A stretch of 64,000 bases of DNA from Blastocatellia bacterium. GTDB lineage: Bacteria > Acidobacteriota > Blastocatellia > UBA7656. Numbering within the stretch: the first letter of the stretch is position 1; each line of letters starts with the position of its first letter. This document shows, piece after piece, positions 27,026 to 37,620 of the stretch. Position numbers and translations under genes: made by a program. Location of the stretch: assembly GCA_035575515.1 (NCBI GenBank), contig DATLXU010000079.1, positions 1 to 64,000 on the forward strand, read 5' to 3'. Under the pieces are notes generated by a model, which did no database searches, had not been told where the DNA came from, and saw only the letters and a program-made list of their open reading frames with translations.

Positions 27026-29224
27026 CTATCTCTTCGGCAAAAGCGGCGAGCTATCGCCCGCTGCCGCCCCCAAGCCCATTCGCTCGCGGAACAGGTTCAG
27101 CAACAACAGTGTCCCGATGTTGCCCGCGCTGTCGCCATCTCCGCCCGATGCCAGAACGTCAGGCGTGATGCGAACGCCCTTTTCGCCGATCACCTTCAAC
27201 GCCTCAACAATGGCTACGCCATGCGGGCCGATGGCGTTCACCTGCTCAGCATAAGCCACGCCCTGCGCCTCGCCCATCAGCCGCACCTTCTCGGCTTCAG
27301 CGCGGCCAGTCGCCGAAATGTAGTGCGCTTCGCCTTCGGCTTCGGCCTTGCGCTGCTCGGCTCGCTTGCCCGCTATCTCTACGCCTACGGTTGCAGCCAT
27401 CAGGTCGCGCTGGTTGTCGGCATGGGCTTTCGTCTTTTCGAGCTGAATACGCTTCTCTTCAGCCTCGCGCTGCGCGTCGAACATGTTCTGCCGCTGCTCG
27501 GCCAATATCTTTTCCGTCTGCGTCTTCATCAGCTCTTCCGGCAGATGAATGTGGCAGATCAAGACGTTCACAACGTCAACGTGATACTTCAATAGATGAG
27601 CGCGCACGCGCGCTTCGGCTCGCTCCTGCTCTTCGTGACGATTCTGCAAGTAAGCCATCGCCGATGACTCCGACGCTTGATTGCGGAAGATCGAATCAAT
27701 CAGCGGATGCATCACGTTTTGAATCAAGCGATCTACAGAGCCAATCTTTGCGACCATGAAGGGCGCGTCTTCGGGCTTCACTCGAAAGACCACGCGAACT
27801 TCAAGCTGCATCGTGAAGCCGTCTTTCGAGATCACCTCGAACGGATTGAAGGTGTTTGCCACTTCGCCCGCAGTCCATTCAACGGTCTGGTTCGTCGTCG
27901 GTATGACTATCGGCGTCACGGCAAGCGTGTTGACGTAATACCGGCCCGGCCCGACGACTGTCTCCTGGATGCCGCGAAAGCCTGCGGGCACGACGTAAGC
28001 CTCGTGCGCGCCTTCGTCCAGACGGCGGTCAGCCGGGTCGCTGAGCGCCAGGTCTTCTTTAATCTCAGTGACGGTGCGCTCGCCTTTATCAATCGCGTCG
28101 AGCCGCGCGGCGGCGTGCTCGACCTGCTCTTTCTCTTCGCGCTCCAATCGCTCGCGCACCTTCGCGGCCATCGCGCGGCGCACCTCTTCCGAAGGGTCGC
28201 GGCCCACGTTCGAGACGATGACGGCGACTTCGCCCGGCTGCACCTCTTTCGCGCTTTCGGGAATCACTTTGAACAGCAGCGGGTTGATGTAGTATGTGCC
28301 CGGCAGCAGTATGTCTTTTTGCGGGCCGCGCTGTCCGCCGCGCGCGATGAACTCGTGCCCGTCCTGAAAATTGTCGTGTCCTTCTACGGGAGCAGCGACG
28401 TAATCGCGCGGGTCGAGCGGCGCGCCATCCAACGCTTCAACCAACCCGACGCTGTTTTCGCTGATGACCGTCGCGTCGTAGAGCCGCACCGAAAACAGCC
28501 CCGGCCTTTTGTCCGAGCCGCCTTCTATGGGAAACGAATCGGTCAGTATGCGATAAGTGCCCGGCGTGAGGATTTCAACCTGCGGGCCTTTCTGACCGCC
28601 AGATGCTATGAACTGTTCGGCGTCCTGAAAGTTGCGGTGGCCCGGAATCGCTTTACCGAGCAGGCGACCCGCGTCGAGCGGCGCGCCATCGGCTGTCGTG
28701 ACTACGCCGACTTTGCCCTGCGGGATGACCGTAGCTTTGGCAATCGAGACGCGAAACAGGTAAGGGTGAATCGGCCACAAGCCCGGCGGCAGCGTGCGCA
28801 GTTGAATGCCTTTCACGCCGCCCTGCTTGATGAAAGCAATCGGGTCCTGAAAGTTGTTGTGCGCGTTCTGCGCGCGGTCGGGCGCAAAGATTCTTCCGGC
28901 AGGCATAGGCTCGCCGTCAATGGCTTCGATTATGCCCATCTCGTCCGGGCCGATTTCAATCAACGGGAACTTGCGAATGACTTTTTCGAACGGCCACTTG
29001 ATGAAGTGAAGGCCGGGCTTGAGGACATCTGCCTGAATGCCGACCTCGCCTTCGGTTGCAACGACGCGACCGGGCGGCATCTTGCGGCCAATGTAGCGGC
29101 GTTCTTTGATTGCAATCTCGCGCGCGCCGACGTTGATGAAGATGCGCCTGAGCAGAATGAACAGCAGAACGAGCGCAATACCTGCGATGACGATGTAGGG
29201 CATGAAAGCCTGAATGTTGTTCAT
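27026..29224 (-). CDS. flotillin/SPFH-family membrane protein with 3-4 internal tandem ~90-aa modules
   Basis: N-terminal TM helix. Repeated module G.VG...DGAPL...NFQD..FI..GG.KG.Q..L.PGTY.INP.LF.V. C-terminal flotillin-like coiled-coil (EAEEKRIQLEKTKAHADNQRDLMAATVGVEIAGKRAEQRKAEAEGEA). ATG at 29224 with gagagg RBS. Confidence 0.6.
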   Translation of the reverse strand: MNNIQAFMPYIVIAGIALVLLFILLRRIFINVGAREIAIKERRYIGRKMPPGRVVATEGEVGIQADVLKPGLHFIKWPFEKVIRKFPLIEIGPDEMGIIEAIDGEPMPAGRIFAPDRAQNAHNNFQDPIAFIKQGGVKGIQLRTLPPGLWPIHPYLFRVSIAKATVIPQGKVGVVTTADGAPLDAGRLLGKAIPGHRNFQDAEQFIASGGQKGPQVEILTPGTYRILTDSFPIEGGSDKRPGLFSVRLYDATVISENSVGLVEALDGAPLDPRDYVAAPVEGHDNFQDGHEFIARGGQRGPQKDILLPGTYYINPLLFKVIPESAKEVQPGEVAVIVSNVGRDPSEEVRRAMAAKVRERLEREEKEQVEHAAARLDAIDKGERTVTEIKEDLALSDPADRRLDEGAHEAYVVPAGFRGIQETVVGPGRYYVNTLAVTPIVIPTTNQTVEWTAGEVANTFNPFEVISKDGFTMQLEVRVVFRVKPEDAPFMVAKIGSVDRLIQNVMHPLIDSIFRNQASESSAMAYLQNRHEEQERAEARVRAHLLKYHVDVVNVLICHIHLPEELMKTQTEKILAEQRQNMFDAQREAEEKRIQLEKTKAHADNQRDLMAATVGVEIAGKRAEQRKAEAEGEAHYISATGRAEAEKVRLMGEAQGVAYAEQVNAIGPHGVAIVEALKVIGEKGVRITPDVLASGGDGDSAGNIGTLLLLNLFRERMGLGAAAGDSSPLLPKR

Positions 29225-29327
29225 GATCGAACCTCTCTTGCTGGCTGGAGTTGGGACCATAGAAATAACGACGAACACTGAATGCGGAACAATTCATCGT
29301 TCATCATTCGACGTCCATCGTTGTTTT

Positions 29328-30011
29328 TCAACTCGCCGCTGTCGTCGTCGCCAGCTCGCGGCGAATTTCGGCGAGTCTCTCTTTCAATGCGAAGCCTGCG
29401 CCCGATGCGCGAGCATCAATCGCGAGCGCCCAGTACTGGCTTTCAATCAGCTCGCGCAACTCATCGGGCGCGAACCGCGAAAGCCCTCCGCTTTGCCATA
29501 TCTTGATGACCATATTGACCGCGTCGAGATACGTCGCGGCATCGTCCGATAGCGCAGCTATGTGCAGCATCTCTATAGTCGACCGTCGCGTCGGCGCGGC
29601 TTTCCATTCGTCAATAACACGCCCGGCCAACCGAGTATTTCCTCGCAACTGATTGCTTCGAGCGATGTGCGTGACGAGCGCGCGAAAATCTTCCTGACGC
29701 ACGCTCGCATGCTCTATTAGCGCATTCAGAACTTCCGAGTATAAATCCCTGTCGCCCGCAGTATCATCGAGCGCATTCAAATCGCCTAGTCTTGCGCGCT
29801 TGATGAGTTCATTGCGCTTCGCTGCTGCATCGTCAGCTTCGGAGGGCATCGCCTGCTCAAGCTCCTGATTATCGAACAGACCTGCGATATTGCGATTGCG
29901 CGGCGGAACGAAACGGTCTGCGCCCTGATCGAACGATGCGCGCCGATTGCGATAGATTGCAAGCGCGATTGCCACAAGCGCGATTGCTGCCATGATTAAA
30001 ATGAAGATCAT
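29328..30011 (-). CDS. single-pass membrane protein of unknown function (operon partner of the flotillin-like gene)
   Basis: MIFILIMAAIALVAIALAIY anchor plus a helical cytoplasmic domain. The longer track start at 30299 would run into the divergent TonB promoter region. Confidence 0.4.
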   Translation of the reverse strand: MIFILIMAAIALVAIALAIYRNRRASFDQGADRFVPPRNRNIAGLFDNQELEQAMPSEADDAAAKRNELIKRARLGDLNALDDTAGDRDLYSEVLNALIEHASVRQEDFRALVTHIARSNQLRGNTRLAGRVIDEWKAAPTRRSTIEMLHIAALSDDAATYLDAVNMVIKIWQSGGLSRFAPDELRELIESQYWALAIDARASGAGFALKERLAEIRRELATTTAAS

Positions 30012-30323
30012 TGCCCTGCTGCTTTCTGCTCGATGATGGAGTGAAACCGTTAACCTGTCTGATTGTGCCAACGTCAGCCTAAGCGCATTAGACGAATAGG
30101 TCAAGATTAAGCTGACGAAGACAATGGTGATGACGTAGCGATGCAAAGTGCTCTGCAAAGCGAAGACTGATTTCTCATTGACTTTACTTACGCGTTGTTT
30201 TATAGAATGCGCCGACAGCAGTCTGGCGTTTTCAATCAGGGTTACGGCACTCGCAAAGTTTTCGCAGTTAAAAGTTTGCGCGTTTAATTGAGGACTCACC
30301 CCCTTGGGATTGGAGAGAAAATC

Positions 30324-33300
30324 ATGAGAAAAATGTTTTGTTTGTTCGCGCTCTCAGCGGCGCCTTTGCTTGCGATTGCGGCAGCATCGTTTGCGCAGAC
30401 GCAAATCACTACCGGCGTGATTCAGGGAACAGTATTCGACCCGCAGGGCGCGGTCGTGCCTGACGCCGGTGTTGAAGTGAAGAATATCGAGACTAATTTC
30501 GTAAGAAATTTAAGCACGGATTCAGATGGCCGGTTCGTCGCGCTTCAACTGCCGCCGGGCCGCTACACTGTGACAATAACCAAACAGGGATTCGCCACGC
30601 TCGTTCAGGAGAACCTCGAGCTAACGGTCGGCCAAACGATTCCGCTGACCCTGAACATGAAAGTTTCGCAGGTATCGGAGCGCATAACGATTACCGCCGC
30701 TCCCACGATTGACACCGTTAAGACTGAATCAAGCTCGACGCTGAATGAAATCTCAGTGAGCCGAACGCCCGTGCTCGGCAGGAAATTTGAAGACCTGCTG
30801 ACGCTCACGCCCGGCGTGAGCATTGTGCAGGGACCGGACGGCGACGAGATAAACTTCGCCGGGCAGCGTGGCATATTCAATAACATCAGTCTCGACGGCG
30901 GCGATTACAACAATGGATTTTTCGGCGAGCAGGCCGGTGGGCAGCGCGCCGCGATTGACATCACGATGGAAGCCGTTAAAGAGTTTCAGGTCGTAGCAAC
31001 AGGCGCGAGCGCCGAGTTCGGGCGAACCGCGGGCGGCATAGTCAACGTCATCACCAAATCGGGCACGAACGAAGTTCACGGCAGCCTCTTTCACTTTCAG
31101 CGGCTCGAAGCCCTCACAGCAGACACAAGTGACGGAAAGCCGTTGAAGGATTTTCACCGCGAGCAATTCGGCGGCACCATCGGCGGCCCGATCAAGCGCG
31201 ATAAGATGTTCTATTTTCTTGCCATCGAAAACATCAACGAAAACCTGACGCGGCCAAACTTGAGCGAGCCGATTGGCACGCCCTGCTCGGTCGCGGCCCC
31301 GACGATTCGCAACAACGAAGCGTTGATTAACAGCAGCGCCGATTGCCAGCGGCTCGCGCTCTTGAATTTCTTCAAGACGACTTTGAATCAGGAAGAAGGG
31401 TTGCCCGTCAAGCACCCTGTTCGCAACACGGCGATTCTGGGCAAGTACGACCTCGTCGTTTCGCCCGCCAACAAGCTCGGCCTCTCTTACAACTTCGACC
31501 GCTCGCGCAACGAGAACCAGACCTTTGACGTTGCCACCTACGGCAACTCGGCCAACGGCATCGAAGGCCCATCGCACATTCACGTCTTGAACGCGAATTT
31601 CTTCAGCACCGTCTCGGCGACGAAGCTGAACGAGTTTCACTTCACTTATTCGCGCGAGGCGCGGCCTCGCTCGGCGGTTGATTCGAATGTTCCGGCAGAC
31701 ACGGCGATGGGATTTGCGACGACGTTCCGCTTCGGCAACCCGTTCTTTCTTCAGCCGAAGATTGACGAGTTGATCTGGCGCACACAGCTCAGGGACAACT
31801 TCTCTATCATCGCAGGCCGCCACACGGTTAAGGCGGGCGGCGAGTGGCTGCACACCCTCAACGATCAGGTATTCCGAGGCTTCTTCACAGGTCGTTACAT
31901 CTTTGATTCGGTCGCGGGCTTTCTGCGTTACGCCTCGCCTGCGGCTCCGGGCGGGTTCGGCCCGAAGACGGTGGCCTGTTCAAATGGAACTTACGTCACG
32001 CTTCCGGCGAGTTGCCCGGCGGGCAGCTCTCCTACAGGCGGGCCGCTGCTCTTTTACTTGCAGGACGGGATTCCGAGCGGGCTGACGAATGTTCCGCCGC
32101 CGGGCGCGTCCAACATCAAGAACGAGGACTTTGCGGCGTTCATTCAGGACAAGTGGCAAATTACACCGAGCTTCACCCTTAACTATGGTCTCAGATGGGA
32201 AGCGCAGTACTTCCCCAACCCGGTTGTGCCGCCTGAGCAGACTGCGTATGGGAAGTTCCTGAACGATCCGCGTTTCCCATCCGATGGCACACTGCACGAT
32301 CAGCGAAAAGAGTTCCAGCCGCGCGTCGGATTCGCATGGGATGTTGGCGGCAACGGAAAGTCTGTGCTGCGCGCGAGCTGGGGAATCTACAACGCGCGAC
32401 AGAACATGCTGACGCAGGTCGGCTCAATCACGACAAACGGCGCGCAACAGCGAACCAACTTCGTCAACACCGATCTGATTCGACTGTTCGGCGTGCCCGC
32501 ACCGACGTGGCCGGGACTTGCGCCCGCGCCGCCTCAGGCTCCGGGAACGTTCCCGCTCTTTACGGGCGTTCGCGTATTCTCGAAGGACTACAAAAACCCG
32601 CGCATCTACACGACGAACGTGGCCTTCGAGCAGGAGATTGCGCCGAACTGGGCTGTCTATTTCGACTTCACTCACTCGAAGGGCGTGCACCTGACGAGGT
32701 TTATCAACCTTGCGCTTGTGACAACAGCCTTCTCGCCCGATCTCGGCGATATATTCGTCACTTCAAGTTCAGCCAAATCGCTTTATCGCGGATTCACGGC
32801 AGGCGTTAGGAAACGATTCAGCGATCATTTTCAGATGGAAGCCAATTACGTGCTGTCGAAAGACCTCGACGACGACTCGAACGAGCGCGACCCGTTCACG
32901 GATCGCATCTTCGACCACAACGACTTCAAGAAAGACTACTCGCTTTCGGACCGCGACATTCGTCACAAGTTCAACTTCTTCACCTACTCGGAACTTCCGG
33001 CGGCGTTTCAGTTGAGCACGCGCATACAGGCGCGTTCGGCTCAACCGATCACGCCAAGCCCGCGCGTGCAGGGCGGAGTTGATCTTGGGCGCAACAGCAT
33101 CCGCAAAGACAACGAGTTCTTCACGTTTGATTGGCGGTTGTCGCGCGCCTTTAGATTCAATGAGCGCATGTCGCTCGTGCCGACAATCGAGATGTTCAAC
33201 ACCTTCAACAACGACAACAACATCAACCCGCTTGTGACTCCGGGATTATTCAACTTCGATGGCTTCCTCAGAGTCGGCGTAGGAGACCCGCGACAGGTTC

Positions 33301-33326
33301 AGCTTGCGGTGAAGTTCATCTTCTAA
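30324..33326 (+). CDS. TonB-dependent outer-membrane receptor with N-terminal carboxypeptidase-regulatory-like domain
   Basis: ggagag RBS; signal peptide; CarbopepD_reg (DSDGRFVALQLPPGRYTVTITKQGF); plug; C-terminal aromatic terminus ...VKFIF. Confidence 0.8.
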   Translation: MRKMFCLFALSAAPLLAIAAASFAQTQITTGVIQGTVFDPQGAVVPDAGVEVKNIETNFVRNLSTDSDGRFVALQLPPGRYTVTITKQGFATLVQENLELTVGQTIPLTLNMKVSQVSERITITAAPTIDTVKTESSSTLNEISVSRTPVLGRKFEDLLTLTPGVSIVQGPDGDEINFAGQRGIFNNISLDGGDYNNGFFGEQAGGQRAAIDITMEAVKEFQVVATGASAEFGRTAGGIVNVITKSGTNEVHGSLFHFQRLEALTADTSDGKPLKDFHREQFGGTIGGPIKRDKMFYFLAIENINENLTRPNLSEPIGTPCSVAAPTIRNNEALINSSADCQRLALLNFFKTTLNQEEGLPVKHPVRNTAILGKYDLVVSPANKLGLSYNFDRSRNENQTFDVATYGNSANGIEGPSHIHVLNANFFSTVSATKLNEFHFTYSREARPRSAVDSNVPADTAMGFATTFRFGNPFFLQPKIDELIWRTQLRDNFSIIAGRHTVKAGGEWLHTLNDQVFRGFFTGRYIFDSVAGFLRYASPAAPGGFGPKTVACSNGTYVTLPASCPAGSSPTGGPLLFYLQDGIPSGLTNVPPPGASNIKNEDFAAFIQDKWQITPSFTLNYGLRWEAQYFPNPVVPPEQTAYGKFLNDPRFPSDGTLHDQRKEFQPRVGFAWDVGGNGKSVLRASWGIYNARQNMLTQVGSITTNGAQQRTNFVNTDLIRLFGVPAPTWPGLAPAPPQAPGTFPLFTGVRVFSKDYKNPRIYTTNVAFEQEIAPNWAVYFDFTHSKGVHLTRFINLALVTTAFSPDLGDIFVTSSSAKSLYRGFTAGVRKRFSDHFQMEANYVLSKDLDDDSNERDPFTDRIFDHNDFKKDYSLSDRDIRHKFNFFTYSELPAAFQLSTRIQARSAQPITPSPRVQGGVDLGRNSIRKDNEFFTFDWRLSRAFRFNERMSLVPTIEMFNTFNNDNNINPLVTPGLFNFDGFLRVGVGDPRQVQLAVKFIF

Positions 33327-33350
33327 CCGGACGTGAAAGCAAAAACGAAT

Positions 33351-33388
33351 CGCGGCTCGCAGGGATTGATTGCGGGCCGCGTTTTTTC
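33351..33388. terminator. bidirectional rho-independent terminator
   Basis: cgcggctcgcaggg-attgatt-gcgggccgcg followed by TTTTTT (+ strand), with aaaaa on the other side. Sits between the convergent TonB gene and alaS. Confidence 0.6.
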
Positions 33389-33393
33389 GTTAA

Positions 33394-36105
33394 CTATTTC
33401 GCGTTGAGCATTCGCTCAATGCAAAGGTAACTGGCTTCCAGAGCCTGTTCCAGCTTCTCAGGCTCCGAGCCGCCGCCCGTAGCCATATCCGCGCGGCCCC
33501 CGCCTTTGCCTCCGATCATTGCCGCCACCTCGCGCACGATCTGGCCCGCGTTCAACCGTTCGGTCAAATCATCCGTCACGCGAACGACAAGCGATGCCTT
33601 GCCATCATCGGCCTGTCCGAGAATAACCACGCCCGGTTTGATCTGCTGCGCAATGTTATCGGCAAGCTCGCGCATGCCTTTCGCATCGAGGTCCGTTACG
33701 CGCTCGGCGCGCACGTTGACATCGGCCACCTTGCGATAAGCCGCGCCTTCCACTTGTCCTTTTGACGCAGCGAGCATGCTTGCCTGCGCGAGCTTCACCT
33801 TCGCGTCTTTCAATTCGCGCTCGTAGCGGCGCACCTGCTCCATCAATCTATCTACCTGCGCGGGAATCTCTTCGGGCTTTGTCCTCAATCGCTCGTTCAA
33901 CTGGCGAATCACCTGCTCATCGCTTTGAAAGCGCGCGATTGCCGCGTCAGCCGTCAGGGCTTCAATACGGCGAACGCCTGCGGCGATTGATTGATCGCTT
34001 ATGATCTTGAACGGCCCGATGTCGCCCGTAGCCTGAACGTGAGTGCCGCCGCACAGCTCGGTCGAAAAACCGGGCACGCTCACGACGCGAACGTCCGAAG
34101 CGTACTTTTCGCCAAACAACGCCATCGCGCCCGACTTCAACGCTTCTTCTAAGGGCCTGATCTCTGTCACGACCGCGCGGTTATGAAGTATCTCGTAATT
34201 GACGAGCCGCTCGATTTCAGCAATCTCCTCATCCGTGAGCGGCGCGTAGTGCGTGAAGTCGAATCGCAAACGGTCAGGCGCGACGAGCGATCCCGCCTGC
34301 TTGACGTGCGGCCCCAGCACTTCGCGCAACGCGGCGTGCAAAAGGTGCGTGCCCGTGTGATTGGCTTTGATTCGCCGCCGCCGCTCCGCATCAACGCGAG
34401 CCGTGACTGTATCGCCCACGCGAAGCTCGCCGCGCTCGACTTTCGTCTTGTGAAGGTGATAACCCGTGACAACCGAGTAAGTATCTTCGACAGTCGCGAG
34501 CGCGTTTTCGTTTTCAAAGACGCCTGTGTCGCCAATCTGTCCGCCAGCTTCGGAATAAAACGGAGTGCGGTCAAGGATAACTTCGCCCGTCTCGCCAGCA
34601 GCGAGGCTTTCGCGCTCGTCGTCGCCGACTATGATTGAAAGCACGCGAGCGCCAGCGGTTTCGGTCTCTTGATAACCAGTGAATTCCGTGCGCGGCAGAC
34701 GGTCAGCAACGCGAGCGTAAATCTCGCGCGCGCGTCGCGCGTGCGCAGCGTCGGCCATTGAAGGCCCGCTTGACGCTTGAAGCTCGCTGAGCGCCGCATC
34801 GAACTGCTCGTTGAATTCGTCTTCGCCAAGCTCAACGCCATGCTCGCCAAGCTCGACGCGAATCAAATCGCGCGGCACGCCGTAAGTGTCGTATGTGCGC
34901 GCAAGCTCGATCATTGGCGGCACAGCCGGAGCATAAGTCTTGAACAAATCCGCGAGGCGCGGCTCACCAACGTTGAGGATGCGACTGAAGCGCTGCTCTT
35001 CGCCGCGCACCGTTTCGCGAATAAGCTCGCGCGACGAGATCAACTCAGGGAAAGGCCCGCCCATCAGGTCAACGACGAAATCCGTGACCTTGTGAAAGAA
35101 AGGATGCTTCAGCCCAAGCCCTCGCGCGCCGTGATAGATGGCGCGGCGCATAATTTTGCGCAGCACATAATTTCTGCCGACGTTGCCCGGCGCAATCCCA
35201 TCAGCAATAGAAAATGCTGTCGCGCGAGCATGGTCCGCAAGCACGCGCATCGCAAATCCTTCGTGCGAATCAGCGATGTACTTCTGGCCCGACAATTCCG
35301 ATATGAAATCAATAATGGGCTTAATAAGGTCCGTGTCGTAATTCGACGGGACACCCTGAATCACAGCCGTCACACGCTCAAGCCCCGCGCCCGTGTCAAC
35401 CGACGGCGCGGGCAACGGCTCAAGCTTGTATTCGTTGTCGCCGACTTTCGAGCGGTTGAACTGCATGAAGACCAGGTTCCAAATCTCCATCGTCGTGTCG
35501 CCCGGCCCGTTCACCAACTCCGCGCGATTGAACTCGGGGTCTTCGGGGTTCGGCCCTTGATAGTAATGAATCTCAGAGCAAGGTCCGCACGGGCCTGTGT
35601 CGCCCATCTGCCAGAAATTATCCTTGCGGCCAAAGCGAAGTATCCGTTCAGGCGGCGCGCCGACCTGTTCCCAATATCTTATCGCTTCTTCGTCGGCTCC
35701 AACTTCCTCGTCGCCTTCAAAGACTGTGAACCACATTCGCGCAGGGTCGAGCTTCAATTCATTCACGAGCAAATCCCACGCGAAGTAGATAGCCTCTTTC
35801 TTGAAGTAATCGCCGAATGAGAAATTGCCCAACATCTCAAAGAATGTGTGATGCCGAGCCGTGCGGCCCACTTCGTCGAGGTCGTTGTGCTTTCCGCCCG
35901 CGCGCACGCACTTCTGAGAAGACGCGGCGCGCTTGTAATCTCGCTGCTCAAGCCCGAGAAAAACGTCTTTGAATTGATTCATTCCTGCGTTGGTAAATAA
36001 CAGCGTCGGATCATTTACAGGAAGCAAGGGCGAAGAGCGAACAATCTTATGCCCGCGCGCCGCAAAGTAGTCTAAGAATTTCTGTCTGATCTCGTGTCCA
36101 GTCAT
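33394..36105 (-). CDS. alaS: alanine--tRNA ligase
   Basis: MTGHEIRQKFLDYFAARGHKIVRSSPLLPVNDPTLLFTNAGMNQFKD..., WFTVFEGDEE, editing HxxxH and C-terminal DHHA1 domains. Confidence 0.95.
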   Translation of the reverse strand: MTGHEIRQKFLDYFAARGHKIVRSSPLLPVNDPTLLFTNAGMNQFKDVFLGLEQRDYKRAASSQKCVRAGGKHNDLDEVGRTARHHTFFEMLGNFSFGDYFKKEAIYFAWDLLVNELKLDPARMWFTVFEGDEEVGADEEAIRYWEQVGAPPERILRFGRKDNFWQMGDTGPCGPCSEIHYYQGPNPEDPEFNRAELVNGPGDTTMEIWNLVFMQFNRSKVGDNEYKLEPLPAPSVDTGAGLERVTAVIQGVPSNYDTDLIKPIIDFISELSGQKYIADSHEGFAMRVLADHARATAFSIADGIAPGNVGRNYVLRKIMRRAIYHGARGLGLKHPFFHKVTDFVVDLMGGPFPELISSRELIRETVRGEEQRFSRILNVGEPRLADLFKTYAPAVPPMIELARTYDTYGVPRDLIRVELGEHGVELGEDEFNEQFDAALSELQASSGPSMADAAHARRAREIYARVADRLPRTEFTGYQETETAGARVLSIIVGDDERESLAAGETGEVILDRTPFYSEAGGQIGDTGVFENENALATVEDTYSVVTGYHLHKTKVERGELRVGDTVTARVDAERRRRIKANHTGTHLLHAALREVLGPHVKQAGSLVAPDRLRFDFTHYAPLTDEEIAEIERLVNYEILHNRAVVTEIRPLEEALKSGAMALFGEKYASDVRVVSVPGFSTELCGGTHVQATGDIGPFKIISDQSIAAGVRRIEALTADAAIARFQSDEQVIRQLNERLRTKPEEIPAQVDRLMEQVRRYERELKDAKVKLAQASMLAASKGQVEGAAYRKVADVNVRAERVTDLDAKGMRELADNIAQQIKPGVVILGQADDGKASLVVRVTDDLTERLNAGQIVREVAAMIGGKGGGRADMATGGGSEPEKLEQALEASYLCIERMLNAK

Positions 36106-36193
36106 AACGGTCTTCTTTTTTGTTGGAATTTGAAAATTGAATTATAGCAAACGGGACTACAGATGAACACGGATGAAAAACGTCACAGTGACT

Positions 36194-36979
36194 TCACAGG
36201 AGGGCTGCTTCTTCGTCTTTGATGCGCAGCAGGTCGAGCATCAGGCTCAGATTGGATGTGGTCTGGATAGTCGGCTTGAGTTCGACCTCCGAGCGGTTGA
36301 ATTGAAATACACCTTCGGTAGTATCCAGGAATTTGACCAGCGCGTCCTGGCCGACGGTCTGACCAGACCTTGCGCCGACAATCAAGCCTTCCTTGAAATA
36401 TACGCTTCCGGTTGCGGAAGGTGACGTGACGGCGAGGGCGCCTGTCAGCCTGTTGTTTTCGATTATCTGAATGATGTCGAAAAAACTGACTACGGCAAAG
36501 TTGCCTTGCAGCATGTTCTGACTCGACATTGAGACAGCCTGGTGCGGCAGAGCCTCATCTGGCGGAATGGAGGGCATTATCCCGGTCGGCTCCGGTTTTG
36601 GCAGAACCAGCGGCTTGCCTTCAATCAAGTGTTCTAGCGCGCTCAGGTGCTCGGTCTTGAGATTGAGAAACCGCACTCCCATGCCCATCTGCGGCATGCT
36701 GTAGCGCACTTCGGCATCAGCATCTATCAGAATATCTTTTATTTTGAATTTCAGCTTAATTATCGTGCCGGGCGCGAAGGTTGTCATCGAGTCAATGAAT
36801 GCGCCTGTTGTGCTCAGGTCTATTATTCGAGTAGAGAGGTGATTGATGCCAGAGGCTTCGCATTCCACCTCGCAGATGTAGCTTATGCGCTTTGCCTCTC
36901 GTCTGTCTCTACCCCGAATCATTGCAATCCCACTTGGCAAAGGATGAGAGATGAAGGATGAAGAAGATAAACAAGCCAT
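36194..36979 (-). CDS. PilZ-domain protein with C-terminal DUF4388-like domain (c-di-GMP effector candidate)
   Basis: RGRDRREAKR ... DLSTTGAFI PilZ signatures. Start ambiguous (ATG at 36979 or at 36922). Confidence 0.55.
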   Translation of the reverse strand: MACLSSSSFISHPLPSGIAMIRGRDRREAKRISYICEVECEASGINHLSTRIIDLSTTGAFIDSMTTFAPGTIIKLKFKIKDILIDADAEVRYSMPQMGMGVRFLNLKTEHLSALEHLIEGKPLVLPKPEPTGIMPSIPPDEALPHQAVSMSSQNMLQGNFAVVSFFDIIQIIENNRLTGALAVTSPSATGSVYFKEGLIVGARSGQTVGQDALVKFLDTTEGVFQFNRSEVELKPTIQTTSNLSLMLDLLRIKDEEAALL

Positions 36980-37014
36980 CTCAGTATGCTAATTCTTACT
37001 TCATCCTTAATCCT

Positions 37015-37620
37015 TCACCCTTCCTCTTCTATTTCCGCTCTGAGGGCGCGGAGCTTCCTTATTATCAAATCATATCCGAAGCCGAGCCTCGCAAGATGAT
37101 CGAACAGGCGTTTCGCGCTCGCTCGGTCGGTGGGCTGACCATGCGTGCGGATGCGCTTCGCTATCGCCCTTTCGATCAGCGCCTCTTCGCTGACTTCTTC
37201 AAACACTTCGTCGAGCGCATTGCTTATAGTCTCGCGCGCGACCTTTTTAGTCTTAAGCTCGCGCGCGACTCTCGACCTTCCAACGGCTCGCAGGCTCAGG
37301 CGCGAAGCCGCGTAGCTGCGCGCGAACTGCTCGTCGTTGATGTAGCCAAGCTCTTTCAGTCGCGCCAGGCATTCGTCAACGAGCGCGGGCGTGGTCCATG
37401 CTTTCTGAAGCAGCCGCTCGCGCAGTTGCTGCTCGCTGCAAGCGCGCGCCGCAAGCATCTTCAAAGCCGTGGCCATTACGCGTTCGCGCGCTTTTTCCGG
37501 TTTCAATGATCGCTTCGGCTCTTCGTCGCGCGCTTCAGCGGCGCGACAATTCGCATCGTTTGAGCGCATGCGTCGCGCGCCGCTCATCTTGTTACTTGTT
37601 CTGTGCCTTCTAAAAGCCAA
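37015..37620 (-). CDS. recX: recombination regulator RecX
   Basis: Three-helix repeats; LKELGYINDEQFARSYAASR pattern typical of RecX. Start ambiguous; overlaps the pilT 3' end. Confidence 0.65.
   Translation of the reverse strand: MAFRRHRTSNKMSGARRMRSNDANCRAAEARDEEPKRSLKPEKARERVMATALKMLAARACSEQQLRERLLQKAWTTPALVDECLARLKELGYINDEQFARSYAASRLSLRAVGRSRVARELKTKKVARETISNALDEVFEEVSEEALIERAIAKRIRTHGQPTDRASAKRLFDHLARLGFGYDLIIRKLRALRAEIEEEG

Noticed and set aside
26843-27595. + strand ORF 26843..27595 and other + ORFs (27677..29281, 534 aa) antisense to the flotillin-like gene
   Set aside because: Antisense to a gene with clear SPFH and coiled-coil features; Arg-rich composition typical of GC-rich antisense frames.
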